This document shows positions 9,391 through 19,848 of a stretch of DNA of 64,000 nucleotides, one piece after another. The DNA comes from a virus. A model generated the notes under the pieces. It was not told where the DNA came from. It searched no databases and saw only the letters and a program-made list of their open reading frames with translations. Location: IMG/VR virus record IMGVR_UViG_3300024255_000001. The stretch is one strand, 5' to 3'. A program made the position numbers and the translations under genes. Every line of letters begins with the position of its first letter. Positions within the stretch are counted from its first letter, which is position 1.

Positions 9391-9702
9391 CTACAACTTC
9401 GGCATCTTAATAGATGGAGACTTGAGAGATGGGGTGCTTGGCATCTTAGGCGTTTTATATTGAGATTTCATTGATGACATCTGATTCGCCTGTTGTTCTT
9501 GTTGCTCCCCTTGCTGCTTATTCTTATTCTTGATGTATTCCGAAAGATTCTTAACGTAGTACCAAAATTCGTAGTAATACATATTTTCAATCTCGCTCGG
9601 TTGCATCCTAAGATGAATACCCAGGTAGAACTTTGTCTTAAAGTAATTCTCCAGCGAGATCTGAAATAATGAAAAGACTTTTGATGCCACCTGGGAACTC
9701 AA
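9391..9702 (-). CDS. T4 gp51-like baseplate hub/tail assembly chaperone (possibly a frameshift extension of the upstream gene)
   Basis: SLENYFKTKF...SEIENM..YE.WYY resembles gp51-like proteins; overlaps the upstream ORF in the +1 frame; first ATG only at 9606. Confidence 0.6.
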   Translation of the reverse strand: MSSQVASKVFSLFQISLENYFKTKFYLGIHLRMQPSEIENMYYYEFWYYVKNLSEYIKNKNKQQGEQQEQQANQMSSMKSQYKTPKMPSTPSLKSPSIKMPKL

Positions 9703-10642
9703 GAGGGGCTTTCACCAACTCTCCTTCAAAGGTAGTTTCTAGTGTAGTAGATACACCAATTTTCATTCTTTCAGCTAATCTATAGATTACCATGAACTTT
9801 TTCTCATCCCATGCTTTATAGTCAACTTCGTGTTGGAAAATCTTACTTAAACCTAAAGTTCTCCAATCTGGTTGCATATAAGGCAATACCTGAATAAATG
9901 CTCTATCAAAATCTTGATCTTTTTCTTGTCTATCTTTAAGATATGAAGTAATCTCTTGCATAACACCAATTGTAGGTGGTTTCATTCTAACTTCACCAGC
10001 AGAACGTGTTTTGATTACATAAGTTCTTTCTTTTTCAGAATAATATCTTTCGATTTCTTCATCAATTTCACTTGGAACTAAATTCTTAACAGCTAATTCA
10101 ACGTCAACTTGTTTTTTAGTTTTTTCAGTTTTACCTTTTAAAACTAATTTGTTTTCTGGCTCAGGAAAGGTAAGATCTCTAATACTTAATAAAACAACAA
10201 TTCTATCCTCTTCTAAAAGATCTTTCCAAGAAAGTCTTTTCTTATCTGCAGTTATCTGCATACAAGTTTCAACAATAGAATTTAACTTTTCTTCCATATC
10301 GATGTAATTATTTTCATCCATAGTTGAAAAGTGTCTAATTTCTGCAGCCTTTGCAGATCTAATTTTAATTACAGCATTAGCAGGATAAAATTTACCCTGA
10401 GATGGTAATGTAGTTAAATCTAATATATGCCATCCTAAAGCAGAATCAGTAGATTGTGCTTTTTCTGGTGTAAAATTACCCATATTAACTTTGCCTAAAC
10501 CACCTTCTGTAATCGCGTCTTCAATATTTGAAGCCTGTTCATCAGTAGATTCAACCTTAGGATTGTTAATAGCATCTTTAGCCTCTAGTGCTTTTGCCAT
10601 CTTTTGCTCTTCCGGAGTCAATTTGTTTGTGTCTTCGCTCAT
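9638..10642 (-). CDS. T4 gp26-like baseplate hub assembly / tail chaperone
   Basis: LPSQGKFYP motif, DLLEEDR...LLSIR, position between tube and tape measure genes. Confidence 0.65.
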   Translation of the reverse strand: MSEDTNKLTPEEQKMAKALEAKDAINNPKVESTDEQASNIEDAITEGGLGKVNMGNFTPEKAQSTDSALGWHILDLTTLPSQGKFYPANAVIKIRSAKAAEIRHFSTMDENNYIDMEEKLNSIVETCMQITADKKRLSWKDLLEEDRIVVLLSIRDLTFPEPENKLVLKGKTEKTKKQVDVELAVKNLVPSEIDEEIERYYSEKERTYVIKTRSAGEVRMKPPTIGVMQEITSYLKDRQEKDQDFDRAFIQVLPYMQPDWRTLGLSKIFQHEVDYKAWDEKKFMVIYRLAERMKIGVSTTLETTFEGELVKAPLEFPGGIKSLFIISDLAGELL

Positions 10643-10643
10643 T

Positions 10644-10862
10644 TTATTTACTTTTTAAGTTTTTAAGATTTTGTTTAATGTAGGATCTCTGCTCTACAGT
10701 TCTCCTATCAAGTTCTAATTGTATAAGGGATCTGATAAATGCACTCACAGATACAGGACGTCTTTCCTGATCCAGGGCGTCATTCAAAATAACCCTATTA
10801 ACTTCTCGGACCTCGTCCTCGGTCAATAGAACCTGTAGTTTTTTTGTTAGTTTATCACTCAT
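10644..10862 (-). CDS. small ribbon-helix-helix-like DNA-binding protein
   Basis: KKLQVLLTEDE...SVSAFIRSLI pattern. Confidence 0.45.
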   Translation of the reverse strand: MSDKLTKKLQVLLTEDEVREVNRVILNDALDQERRPVSVSAFIRSLIQLELDRRTVEQRSYIKQNLKNLKSK

Positions 10863-10904
10863 AATCTCTTATTATTAGGATATTATATTATGTTTTTCAA
10901 AGTT

Positions 10905-10937
10905 AAAAAAAGAACGTGTTGTTTAGACACGTTCTTT
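10905..10937 (-). terminator. intrinsic terminator after the tail tube gene
   Basis: aagaacgtgt/acacgttctt inverted repeat followed by a T-run on the minus strand. Confidence 0.75.
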
Positions 10938-10956
10938 ATGATTTAATTCTATTAAA

Positions 10957-11514
10957 TTATGCTAATTCTTCTGAATAAGTATCACATCTCCAAACAACAT
11001 CCATTGCTACTGCATCTTGTGTTTCGTAATTTAGATCTGCGTTTAAGTTTACACCTGATGTAATGAAACAGTCATCTAAAGTTACTTTTCTGTAAATGTC
11101 ACCTTCTCTATTGAATTGTACAACAACAATAGTACCTACATAGTTCTTTTTAAGACCCATTTCGCCAGTTTCAGGATTGTAAGCTGCTCTGTACCATTGT
11201 CTTAATGTTTTATATATGTATGCTTGGTTTGAATCGTTCAAGTTTAGAGAGAAATTGATTGTTACATCAACTACTGTCGATCCCGGCATTCCGGCAAACG
11301 ATCTTTGAGCAAACTTATACTTTTGTTCAACTGCAGCTAATTCAACACTAAGTCCATCTAAACCAGAGATTGAATTAACTTGTTGTAAGAGTAACTCTGC
11401 ACCAGTTACACCTGCTGGAGGTAATAATGTTACCTCAAATAGGTTACCTTGTACTGGTTCGAAATTCCTACCTTTCTTTTGAGTTTGGTCCTCTGAATAA
11501 TGTGGTAAAGCCAT
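10957..11514 (-). CDS. gp19: tail tube protein (gp19-like)
   Basis: 185 aa after the sheath; FEPVQGNLFEV...LRQWYRAAYNPETG..GLKKNY. Confidence 0.8.
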   Translation of the reverse strand: MALPHYSEDQTQKKGRNFEPVQGNLFEVTLLPPAGVTGAELLLQQVNSISGLDGLSVELAAVEQKYKFAQRSFAGMPGSTVVDVTINFSLNLNDSNQAYIYKTLRQWYRAAYNPETGEMGLKKNYVGTIVVVQFNREGDIYRKVTLDDCFITSGVNLNADLNYETQDAVAMDVVWRCDTYSEELA

Positions 11515-11536
11515 ATCTTTTATTTCTTATTTTATT

Positions 11537-11544
11537 TATATATC
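11537..11544 (-). promoter_or_regulatory. putative late promoter GATATATA
   Basis: Octamer upstream of the tube gene. Confidence 0.65.
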
Positions 11545-11553
11545 GTTATTTTA

Positions 11554-14406
11554 TTATGCAAAGTTACCTGTTGCGATCTCTCCTGTATTTAATACAGTTA
11601 CCCTAGATACTAGAATCTCAAGACCTTTAACTGGTTCAACGAATGTATCAAGAATACCCATGTTGTTATCGATCACCTCAGTTGTGTTGTTTGAAGTGTC
11701 CATAAGGTTCTTGTAGTCGTATACACCACCATCTTTCTTAACTGATTCCATAAAGTTATCAGCTAAAGTTTTGATTTCTAATCTAGTTTGAGCTGTATTA
11801 AACTCGAACAGATAGTTTTTAAGAATTTCAGCTAAACCATCTTCAATATAGATAAGAACTTCTCTTACGTGTGCTGAAGATAAGGCTGATTGAATTCCTT
11901 GCTGTGCAGTTTTATTACCTTTGATTGTTAAACCAACGCCTCTTTCAAATACGATTGGGTTGTAACCAAATGGTTCAAGTACATCTCTATCATTCTTATC
12001 GAATGAGAATTCTAAAGATTGAACACCTGTTCCACCTACAACACCTCTTCTTGGGCCTGCGATGATTGACCATGGTAATGCATCTAAATATTTGTCAATA
12101 TAGTTATTTGATACGTAAGCTGCTGGTGGAATAACTTTAGTTCTACCGTTCTCAATTACGTTAAGACCAGGACCGTAGTAGAATGCATAGTTTGCACCTT
12201 CATTGATCGATGGTAATGTGTAAAGAGCTGTTGGGTTTAACTCTAAGTTACCTCCTGTTGCAACGTTATTCACGTCAAATGCACCAGTGATAGCATTTAA
12301 GAATGATGGGTTTGTAGAAGCTTTTAATTCTTTCACCATTGGTGCGTTAAGAATTGCAGAAGCGTTCTGTCTTTCTTTACATAAGAATGATAATTCTTCT
12401 TTGTTTAAGATTCCACCGTTCTCTAATGAACCGAATGTATCAACTACATATCTAAATGTAATATTATCTTTATCTACTAAAGCGTTACCTAAACCAGTAC
12501 CTGGCTTAATTGCTGATAGTAATTCTGCAATACTTTTTGCAGTTTGAGTTGCTCCTTCTAATGGGAATGTCTTATAGAATCCACCTGCATCCTCATATCT
12601 CTTAAGAGAGTATGATGGTCTTGAAGAAACTGCTCTATGTGTTTCAAATCTGTAGTAAGTAGTTCCGTTAACAACAGTTTTAACGATCTTTTTAATTCTA
12701 GATAGTTTACCACCGTCACCTGGTACATACATACCTACTTTAATATCTGAATTCCAAGTTGCATCATTTGAACCTGATAATGTGAAGATACCTGCACCGT
12801 TATCAGTAAATGTCCATCCTTCTGATAATGTTGGGAACATTTCTGCTCTTGCATTTGGAGTTAACGTCCATACATCAAATGATGTATTAATACCCGCAAA
12901 GAAAGCTGTTAATGAATTACCAACACCGCCGTATTGAGTACTAAATGAAAGTCCACCTGCACATGAGATTGTTAATGCACCATCTTCTACAGAAACATTT
13001 GAGATAGCAACATACTCACCAGCGTTAACTGATTCTAAGAAGTTACCAACTACAATTGATTCGTAAGATGTTGGTGTTGCATCAACTACAATATTACCAT
13101 CTTCATTAACAATAAAGTTAGCGTTAGATGCCCATGGAGCTGGAGTACCTGGATTAAATTTTTCATAAGATTTTGAAATAGCACCAGAAGCAACGATTGT
13201 TACTTGACCTTCACCATTTGCACCCGAACCAGTATTAGTGATACTTTCGATCTTAACATATTCACCTCCAACATAAGCTTCTAAGTATTTAGAATCTGTA
13301 ATACCATGTAAAGAGGATAAGTTAGCTGCACTTAAAGCAGGATCGTTACCTTGGATGGTTAATGTTGAACCAGCAACTGATACGATACCAGCTTGTGCTG
13401 TTAAATCTACGATAGATTCTGCAGCTACTTGCTTCACTTTATGAGAAAGAATCTCATAATCTTGGTAGATGTCAAAGTTGTTACCTACTAGATCAATTTG
13501 TGGAAGTGCATCTTCTTGTACTGCACAGAATAAACCAGTTCTTCTAGCCTCCATATTAATTAGAGTCTCGATATACATTTGGTTACCTTCTGCATCAATA
13601 AATTCAGGAATTAATGATACACCATTATATTGTGCTAACAGAGTTACTTCTCTTAAACCAGCAAACTTAGCGAATTCTGATTTTAATAACCCGTCTTGAG
13701 TAAAGTAGTTTCCGTAGTTTGGATCGTTATTTAATTCAGCAGCGTCAAACTTGCCTTTAAATACAAATACATCTACTAGGTAATCTGATACGTACTCATC
13801 TGCATCAATACCTTCTGGAATATTTGATTCACCATACCATTCTCTTGCTGTTAATTCAAAACCTCTAACATCTCCAGCTTGTCTAATGATAACTGTGATT
13901 GGATCTTGTTTGATATTAACAAATGAGATTGCGTGGTTTGTGTCTTCTGCAGCAGCAGATAAAAGTTTTTCATCTGAAGGATTCCAAAACTTGTCTGTAT
14001 CAAATACAGCATTAAATTGCTTTGAAGCAGCATTTGATGCTTGTAATGAATTAGCTGATAAACCTTCTTGTGATGAGTTAGTTGCTGGAGAGAAAATTGA
14101 TACTCTATCAGCAGCATCTGCACCAGTTAGGTTTAATGCTAGAATAGGACCTCTAGATAAAGCCTCGATAGCTGATCTGTGGAAGAACATTCCTTTCTTT
14201 TCTAACGACTTGTCTACACCACCGAAAACTTGCTTGAATTGTTCTACATCTTCTACTAATACTGGAGTATTGTAAGGACCCTTTTTAGATCTACCTACAA
14301 CTAGTCTAATAGTTTCTGCAGGGATGTTAACAGTCTGTGATTTGTCAAACTCTAAGCGATATACGCCCGAGCTTTTGAACTGTAATAATTGAGGACTTAA
14401 TGCCAT
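11554..14406 (-). CDS. gp18: contractile tail sheath protein (gp18-like)
   Basis: SSGVYRLEFD, GRSKKGPYNTPV, PWSIIAGPRRG, GNKT, HVRE, FEFNT motifs; large central insertion. Confidence 0.92.
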   Translation of the reverse strand: MALSPQLLQFKSSGVYRLEFDKSQTVNIPAETIRLVVGRSKKGPYNTPVLVEDVEQFKQVFGGVDKSLEKKGMFFHRSAIEALSRGPILALNLTGADAADRVSIFSPATNSSQEGLSANSLQASNAASKQFNAVFDTDKFWNPSDEKLLSAAAEDTNHAISFVNIKQDPITVIIRQAGDVRGFELTAREWYGESNIPEGIDADEYVSDYLVDVFVFKGKFDAAELNNDPNYGNYFTQDGLLKSEFAKFAGLREVTLLAQYNGVSLIPEFIDAEGNQMYIETLINMEARRTGLFCAVQEDALPQIDLVGNNFDIYQDYEILSHKVKQVAAESIVDLTAQAGIVSVAGSTLTIQGNDPALSAANLSSLHGITDSKYLEAYVGGEYVKIESITNTGSGANGEGQVTIVASGAISKSYEKFNPGTPAPWASNANFIVNEDGNIVVDATPTSYESIVVGNFLESVNAGEYVAISNVSVEDGALTISCAGGLSFSTQYGGVGNSLTAFFAGINTSFDVWTLTPNARAEMFPTLSEGWTFTDNGAGIFTLSGSNDATWNSDIKVGMYVPGDGGKLSRIKKIVKTVVNGTTYYRFETHRAVSSRPSYSLKRYEDAGGFYKTFPLEGATQTAKSIAELLSAIKPGTGLGNALVDKDNITFRYVVDTFGSLENGGILNKEELSFLCKERQNASAILNAPMVKELKASTNPSFLNAITGAFDVNNVATGGNLELNPTALYTLPSINEGANYAFYYGPGLNVIENGRTKVIPPAAYVSNNYIDKYLDALPWSIIAGPRRGVVGGTGVQSLEFSFDKNDRDVLEPFGYNPIVFERGVGLTIKGNKTAQQGIQSALSSAHVREVLIYIEDGLAEILKNYLFEFNTAQTRLEIKTLADNFMESVKKDGGVYDYKNLMDTSNNTTEVIDNNMGILDTFVEPVKGLEILVSRVTVLNTGEIATGNFA

Positions 14407-14438
14407 AATCTTTTAGTTATTATTTTTTATTCTTTTAT

Positions 14439-14446
14439 TATATATC
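14439..14446 (-). promoter_or_regulatory. putative late promoter GATATATA
   Basis: Octamer upstream of the sheath gene. Confidence 0.65.
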
Positions 14447-14463
14447 CTTGTCTTTCTGCAAAT

Positions 14464-16296
14464 TTATTTCAATAGGTCATAAATATCATATTGTAAATCA
14501 CCCTGCTGATCACTATCTTTAAATAGTATCGCTTCCATCTCGTCATGGAGTTCAGGGTCTATGAAATCTAAGATCTCTTCCACAAAGTCTGCATAGTCTG
14601 TTGTATTAAAAAATTCGGTTGCAGTGATGCAAGTCATTATCACGTCATCATTGCCCATTTGGGCTCCATAACTTCCATTTGGTAAAGTACCAAAAAGACT
14701 AGCTTCCGTCACTGTAACTTCATCAGTTAAATCTAATCTATTTATCTTATACAATTTTGCGAAATTCTGGCAGAAGATAGCTTTATTGTCAGATTTTAGT
14801 TTGATTCCTGGTTTTAATGCCCTTCCATCATGTCGGTGTTTAAATTTAACTACCATCTCATCATCAAAGTCATTTCTTTGTGGAAATATACTTCTTAGAT
14901 ATTGGAATAGAACTGTACCATAAGTATTATACTCCACGATCATCTTTACGTTTTCTGGATAAAATACATCTACTGCTAAAGTATATAGTACTTTTGCAAA
15001 ATCTTCAATCACATGTTCGTTTGATCTAAATCTAGCTACTTGTGTAAATTTAAAAAAGTCATACATCGCACCAGGATTAATAACGTTCTTAATTTCTTCT
15101 GTGTTCATTGGATTAACCTGAAAGACATTAATTACCGATGAGTCACCACCATTGCCTTCTGCAATATCTACAGAGAATACCCAAAAGTTTTCTGGGTCTT
15201 TACATGTATCAATATCAAAGTCTGGATCCCATTCTAAGAAACCGTTTGTATCAATACTAATATAATCAAATTGATCAAATTCATGATAAACATAAGGCTT
15301 CATTCTCTTTCTCATCTTCTTCATATCGACTGGGTCTAATAGGAGGTTAGATGAGCTGACGAACTCATTTCCATATTGTTTATTAAATGCTTCAATTGAA
15401 CCTAAGTTCGCTAATTCTCTTTCATACCATGCCTCGTCTCTATCAGGGTGTTGCCACCAATCAATTCTTGTCGCTAGATATTCATTATCACCTCGATCTG
15501 CCGCAGCATAGATTTGATAGAACTTATTAAATCCGTTTGGCGTAGATGTAATTGTTATTCTTGAGACTTTCGATGAGGATAATGTAGGATATACATTCTC
15601 GTAAAAAGAATCAGCAATCGATGGATGGACGTGGGCAAACTCATCTAGGTATAAGTTATGGATTGTAAAACCAATACCGGATTTTGCTGTGGTTGACTGT
15701 CCTATTAGTCGACAACCATTATCACATCTTACATTCATGACATCATATTTGATAATACCTGGTTTCATAAAGAACGGTAAGTTCTCGATTACTGTTTTGG
15801 CTTTATCAATAATTTCTTTTGTTGAATCAGATTTGTTGGCAAGTAGCAGAGTATTCTTATCCATATTAAAGGTAACATACCATGCATTAAATATAGATGC
15901 GGTTACGGTTTTACCCATTTGTCGAGCAGCAAGAACAATATTAAATCTATCATTCTGGAAATTCCTCAACATTTCTTTTTGATAATCTCTCAGCTTTACT
16001 TGTTGAATACCTTCATCGGTCATTACTACTGCATACTTCTCTGCAAAGTAGACGATGTCTTTGGCACATCTGGCTAACTCGGTAATTTCCTCATCAGTAT
16101 ATTCAAATACAATATTACCCTTCTTTAGAAATTGTCTACCCTCGTAGAATGGTAACTTAATCTTAGGACGATAACCCTGATCCATAGCAACCAACAAGTC
16201 GTTGATTTGCCTAGTCGACCAGACAATTCTATCAGCAGAGGTTGCGTCACCTTCTGCTTTGGGAATCCATTTATTATCTCCTACTCCGTCTGACAT
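14464..16296 (-). CDS. gp17: terminase large subunit (gp17)
   Basis: LRDYQ, ARQMGKT Walker A, LYLDEFAH Walker B, TSTPNG, VDIAEG, DDVIM nuclease motifs. Confidence 0.97.
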   Translation of the reverse strand: MSDGVGDNKWIPKAEGDATSADRIVWSTRQINDLLVAMDQGYRPKIKLPFYEGRQFLKKGNIVFEYTDEEITELARCAKDIVYFAEKYAVVMTDEGIQQVKLRDYQKEMLRNFQNDRFNIVLAARQMGKTVTASIFNAWYVTFNMDKNTLLLANKSDSTKEIIDKAKTVIENLPFFMKPGIIKYDVMNVRCDNGCRLIGQSTTAKSGIGFTIHNLYLDEFAHVHPSIADSFYENVYPTLSSSKVSRITITSTPNGFNKFYQIYAAADRGDNEYLATRIDWWQHPDRDEAWYERELANLGSIEAFNKQYGNEFVSSSNLLLDPVDMKKMRKRMKPYVYHEFDQFDYISIDTNGFLEWDPDFDIDTCKDPENFWVFSVDIAEGNGGDSSVINVFQVNPMNTEEIKNVINPGAMYDFFKFTQVARFRSNEHVIEDFAKVLYTLAVDVFYPENVKMIVEYNTYGTVLFQYLRSIFPQRNDFDDEMVVKFKHRHDGRALKPGIKLKSDNKAIFCQNFAKLYKINRLDLTDEVTVTEASLFGTLPNGSYGAQMGNDDVIMTCITATEFFNTTDYADFVEEILDFIDPELHDEMEAILFKDSDQQGDLQYDIYDLLK

Positions 16297-16953
16297 TTAT
16301 TCTTCTGTTAGTTCTACGTCTTCAATATCCTCTTCATTAGCACCATGAATACCTGCTTGAATTGCAGCCATTAGGTCTTTTGTACCTCTTTGAATATTTT
16401 TATTACTAGAGTCACCACCTGAACTTTCAATTTCTGAGTTATTTGCTCTTTGTTGATATATTTCTAAATCCCTTGCAATTCTTTTTGTACCCTCTTCTGC
16501 TGCCATTAAGTACATAGTTTGTGATTTGATAATATCTAACATTGATTTCTGTAAAGTAGCCAATACCTCAAACATCCTAGGTGCTAATTCTCCAGAGTCA
16601 ATAGTTTCTAATAGAGTAGTCAGTGCTTTTTCACCGGCATTTAACTGATAAATTAAAGATGACATTGTCATTTCATCCATCTGTTTTTTAGCAGCAATAT
16701 ACTCATCCTTTTCGATAATATCTGCATCGAGATAAAATTTCATTAGAGCGGTAATAGTCTTTTGTGCCTTCTTAGTTGCAGTAGACTTTAATTCAGTATA
16801 ATTAACTAGTGGCGCCATGGCCGTTGGTTTAGCCTGGATAGGTAGATCTTTAGGGTCATTTTCAACATCAAGTGGAGAATCTCCAATTAATGCATCTAGC
16901 TCTAACCTAATGTCATCTGCTTGTTCTGCTATTGTTTTTTTCTTTTCGCTCAT
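16297..16953 (-). CDS. gp16: terminase small subunit (gp16-like)
   Basis: APRMFEVLATLQKSM resembles gp16 PRxxEV; directly upstream of gp17. Confidence 0.65.
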   Translation of the reverse strand: MSEKKKTIAEQADDIRLELDALIGDSPLDVENDPKDLPIQAKPTAMAPLVNYTELKSTATKKAQKTITALMKFYLDADIIEKDEYIAAKKQMDEMTMSSLIYQLNAGEKALTTLLETIDSGELAPRMFEVLATLQKSMLDIIKSQTMYLMAAEEGTKRIARDLEIYQQRANNSEIESSGGDSSNKNIQRGTKDLMAAIQAGIHGANEEDIEDVELTEE

Positions 16954-16970
16954 AATATAATATTATATTC

Positions 16971-16978
16971 TATATATC
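16971..16978 (-). promoter_or_regulatory. putative late promoter GATATATA
   Basis: Octamer upstream of the terminase genes. Confidence 0.65.
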
Positions 16979-17013
16979 TAGAAAATTTTATAGCAAAATT
17001 TAATGATAAAAAA

Positions 17014-17178
17014 TTAACCAAGTGGTTCAATGCCGTTAGGTGGCGTAAGGTGATGTTTAGACTCTGGTTTCCAGTCTTTTAAATAATATTCTCTTAACTT
17101 TTTTCCTAGTTCGGAATCATTTGGCGTGTCTTCTACAAGTTTCATAACTTGTTTAAATCTATAATATGTGCCGTCCAT
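17014..17178 (-). CDS. small protein (54 aa), paralog of 42572..42775
   Basis: Manual translation MDGTYYRFKQVMKLVEDTPNDSELGKKLREYY... Confidence 0.65.
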   Translation of the reverse strand: MDGTYYRFKQVMKLVEDTPNDSELGKKLREYYLKDWKPESKHHLTPPNGIEPLG

Positions 17179-17184
17179 AATTTA

Positions 17185-19149
17185 TTATCGGTTTTGGTTA
17201 TACTTTCTTAATTGAATAGAAGGAACTGCATTGTCAATAATCTCTGCTAGGTGACTATCTCTTACAATATATTGCTGTAACATATTTGTATGCTGATCCT
17301 TTCCTATTGTTTGGTTAAATAATCTAATATTCGTAACAGCTAAATTACCAGGCATTAGCGAATATTGTTTTTGAGTTACCCATCCTTGCGCAGCTGTAAT
17401 TTCAAAATTGTGATCCATCACATTTTCTAATGTATCTGAAACTGGCATAGATGTTAATTTATTACTATTTGGATTTAGCTTGTATACATTGGCTGAAGTA
17501 TTTAAGTACTTATTATTTAGATTATACACTAAGCCGTACCAATTACCATTAACTGGTGGTGTAGCAAATCCATATTCTAGAATTAAATCATTAATATATG
17601 CTTTAATAAAAGTTTGATTTACTGTTATTTTTATACCTTTATCTCCTTGCCATCCATCAAATATAGTTTGCTCTTGGGTAGCAGAAGTCATATTAGGTTT
17701 GAACCATGTGGTTATTGCTAAATTATTAGTATTCGGTAGTTGTGAAAATTTCTTGTATAATAAACATTCAATACCTCGATCTTTTACAGATTCTAAATCA
17801 TAATGGTTTTTTGCAACAATCGTCCACTTGTTTCTAAGTTCTTTATCTGATATAACTAAACCGCTATGAATTCTATCTCTAACTCCATCTCCTACCTCAG
17901 AGAATACAGTTTGATATTGTGTAGATTTAGTAGTTTTTTCAAATTCATCTTTTTGCTCAGCACCAAATACTTCTTCAACACCAGTATAAAGATCATCTAA
18001 TTGTTGTTCCATTGCTTGACCCTCAGCAGTATCTGTATCTATAATACTTGACGTACGTTCTTCATATTTAGATAACATTAATCTCCAGTAAGTCATGGTT
18101 TGATTAAACTCATCAGCAAAACTTACAGAAGATACTTCATACATTCTATTCATAATTGGAATGTACATATAGTCTCTAGGCCTTGGATGAATACCTGGTC
18201 CAAATGCTGCTTCCATTTGACCTTTTGTAATATGGATTTCAAAATCCTCGAAGCCCATTCCAAAAATATCATATTGGAATTCTCTAGTAGGCATCGCATT
18301 ATCAGGAACCATAATCTTTAGGTTCCCTTGTTCTTTTACATTATATAGAGAATATTCTTTTAAGATTACATCTCTAGATCTTTGATCAGGTTCAACTCTA
18401 AAATACTGAGTATCGTGTCCCCACATATTAGCAGATAATTCACTAATCTCTGAATATATCGCAGTAGGTTTACTTAAATTATATGGATCGTAAATAGGGT
18501 CTGAACAATCAATTACTACATTTGTACAACCTGCTAGATATGGGTCATCACAATCTGTACAAAGTTGTGGACAAGATTGTATTGTACCGTCTGCTGTTTC
18601 TAATTCGAAAGTAACTGAAAGTAAACTTAAACTATGTAAAGATGAAAGTCTATGAACTTCTGTTTTTACATCAATCCAAAGTGGTTTTGTTGGATCAAAA
18701 GTCATACCTAGTAAATCTCTTGGGCCAATACTATTATTCAAAGGCCTTAACTCCGACATCTGTCCACCATCACTAGAAACGCTATCTTGTGACCATCTGA
18801 AATCATAGTTAAAATAATTATCTGCGTCTGTATATTCATAAAATTTTACAGCACTTGCAGAAAAACCAGCAGATTCTACAGTAGTAATAACATTTCCGTC
18901 AACACTATTAACCTGAAATATTTGAGACCCTGCAATAAACAAATTACCGGGACTTAAATTAAAATTAGTACCAGTACCAATAATTGTCGTACTACCTTGA
19001 GTTATTGCTAAAGTACCTACTGAATTAGGTGAGTTTACACCCACTAAAATATTCCAAGAAATAATACGATTAACATTCGTATATGGTTCCTGTAATTTAG
19101 CGAAGAAGTAATCCCCGATAGCATTCGCTGTAAAATTTGTTACTGCCAT
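17185..19149 (-). CDS. neck protein gp14-like with extra N- and C-terminal (LamG-like) domains
   Basis: WGHDTQYF...DVILKEYS...DIFGMGF...PRPRDYMYIPIMNRMYEV core; beta-rich C-terminus with WFKP and WYGLVY. Confidence 0.65.
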   Translation of the reverse strand: MAVTNFTANAIGDYFFAKLQEPYTNVNRIISWNILVGVNSPNSVGTLAITQGSTTIIGTGTNFNLSPGNLFIAGSQIFQVNSVDGNVITTVESAGFSASAVKFYEYTDADNYFNYDFRWSQDSVSSDGGQMSELRPLNNSIGPRDLLGMTFDPTKPLWIDVKTEVHRLSSLHSLSLLSVTFELETADGTIQSCPQLCTDCDDPYLAGCTNVVIDCSDPIYDPYNLSKPTAIYSEISELSANMWGHDTQYFRVEPDQRSRDVILKEYSLYNVKEQGNLKIMVPDNAMPTREFQYDIFGMGFEDFEIHITKGQMEAAFGPGIHPRPRDYMYIPIMNRMYEVSSVSFADEFNQTMTYWRLMLSKYEERTSSIIDTDTAEGQAMEQQLDDLYTGVEEVFGAEQKDEFEKTTKSTQYQTVFSEVGDGVRDRIHSGLVISDKELRNKWTIVAKNHYDLESVKDRGIECLLYKKFSQLPNTNNLAITTWFKPNMTSATQEQTIFDGWQGDKGIKITVNQTFIKAYINDLILEYGFATPPVNGNWYGLVYNLNNKYLNTSANVYKLNPNSNKLTSMPVSDTLENVMDHNFEITAAQGWVTQKQYSLMPGNLAVTNIRLFNQTIGKDQHTNMLQQYIVRDSHLAEIIDNAVPSIQLRKYNQNR

Positions 19150-19179
19150 ATTAAAAGAGTCTTAACTCTACTATTTTTA

Positions 19180-19848
19180 TTATATATCTGACTCCCAATC
19201 GGTGATTAAAAGCATTTCAGGATTATCTTGTTCGTGGTGTTCTAATGCGTGAATAAATGCATTAGTTACACCCAAAGTTTCAACTGTATTATTCTCAGCT
19301 TGAAATAAATCTAAAGACTCTAAAAAGTCTTTTACTCTAAATATACTAAACTTATCTCCTTCTTTTAAAAGACCAGCTCTTACTAATATAGAATTAGATA
19401 AATGTAATTCGTGCATATTAAATAGATCAAACATACGAATACTCCCTCGTAGTGTTTTAATATCGTATTTAATAGTCTTAGCTTGATCTACTGTTACAAT
19501 TCTATTATAGCTAGAATTTTTATTTAGATTAACTTTAATATATTTTAGGTTTGGCATAGTATCAAAAATCTGCCAAATAAAATAAATTGATGTAGCCTCT
19601 TTATGTATGTTTATACCACTAACAGATTTAAATCTATTAACATCTTTCTTAAAACCATATTCTAAATATTGAAGCATACGGTCTTTACTAACTAATACTA
19701 CGTCATCGCTAGTTCTTTTTGCCTCGCTATCTCTATTTAATATACCCCATAATTTAAGATCTATTGAGTTATATTTGTAAAGAGTAATGTCTATGATCTC
19801 TGTAAAATAGTCTTCAACTTTTTGCATAAACTTGTATCTGTTCTTCAA
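19180..19848 (-). CDS. hypothetical protein
   Basis: 222-aa ORF, no recognised motif. Confidence 0.55.
   Translation of the reverse strand: MKNRYKFMQKVEDYFTEIIDITLYKYNSIDLKLWGILNRDSEAKRTSDDVVLVSKDRMLQYLEYGFKKDVNRFKSVSGINIHKEATSIYFIWQIFDTMPNLKYIKVNLNKNSSYNRIVTVDQAKTIKYDIKTLRGSIRMFDLFNMHELHLSNSILVRAGLLKEGDKFSIFRVKDFLESLDLFQAENNTVETLGVTNAFIHALEHHEQDNPEMLLITDWESDI
19181..19188 (-). promoter_or_regulatory. putative late promoter GATATATA
   Basis: Octamer upstream of the neck gene. Confidence 0.6.
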
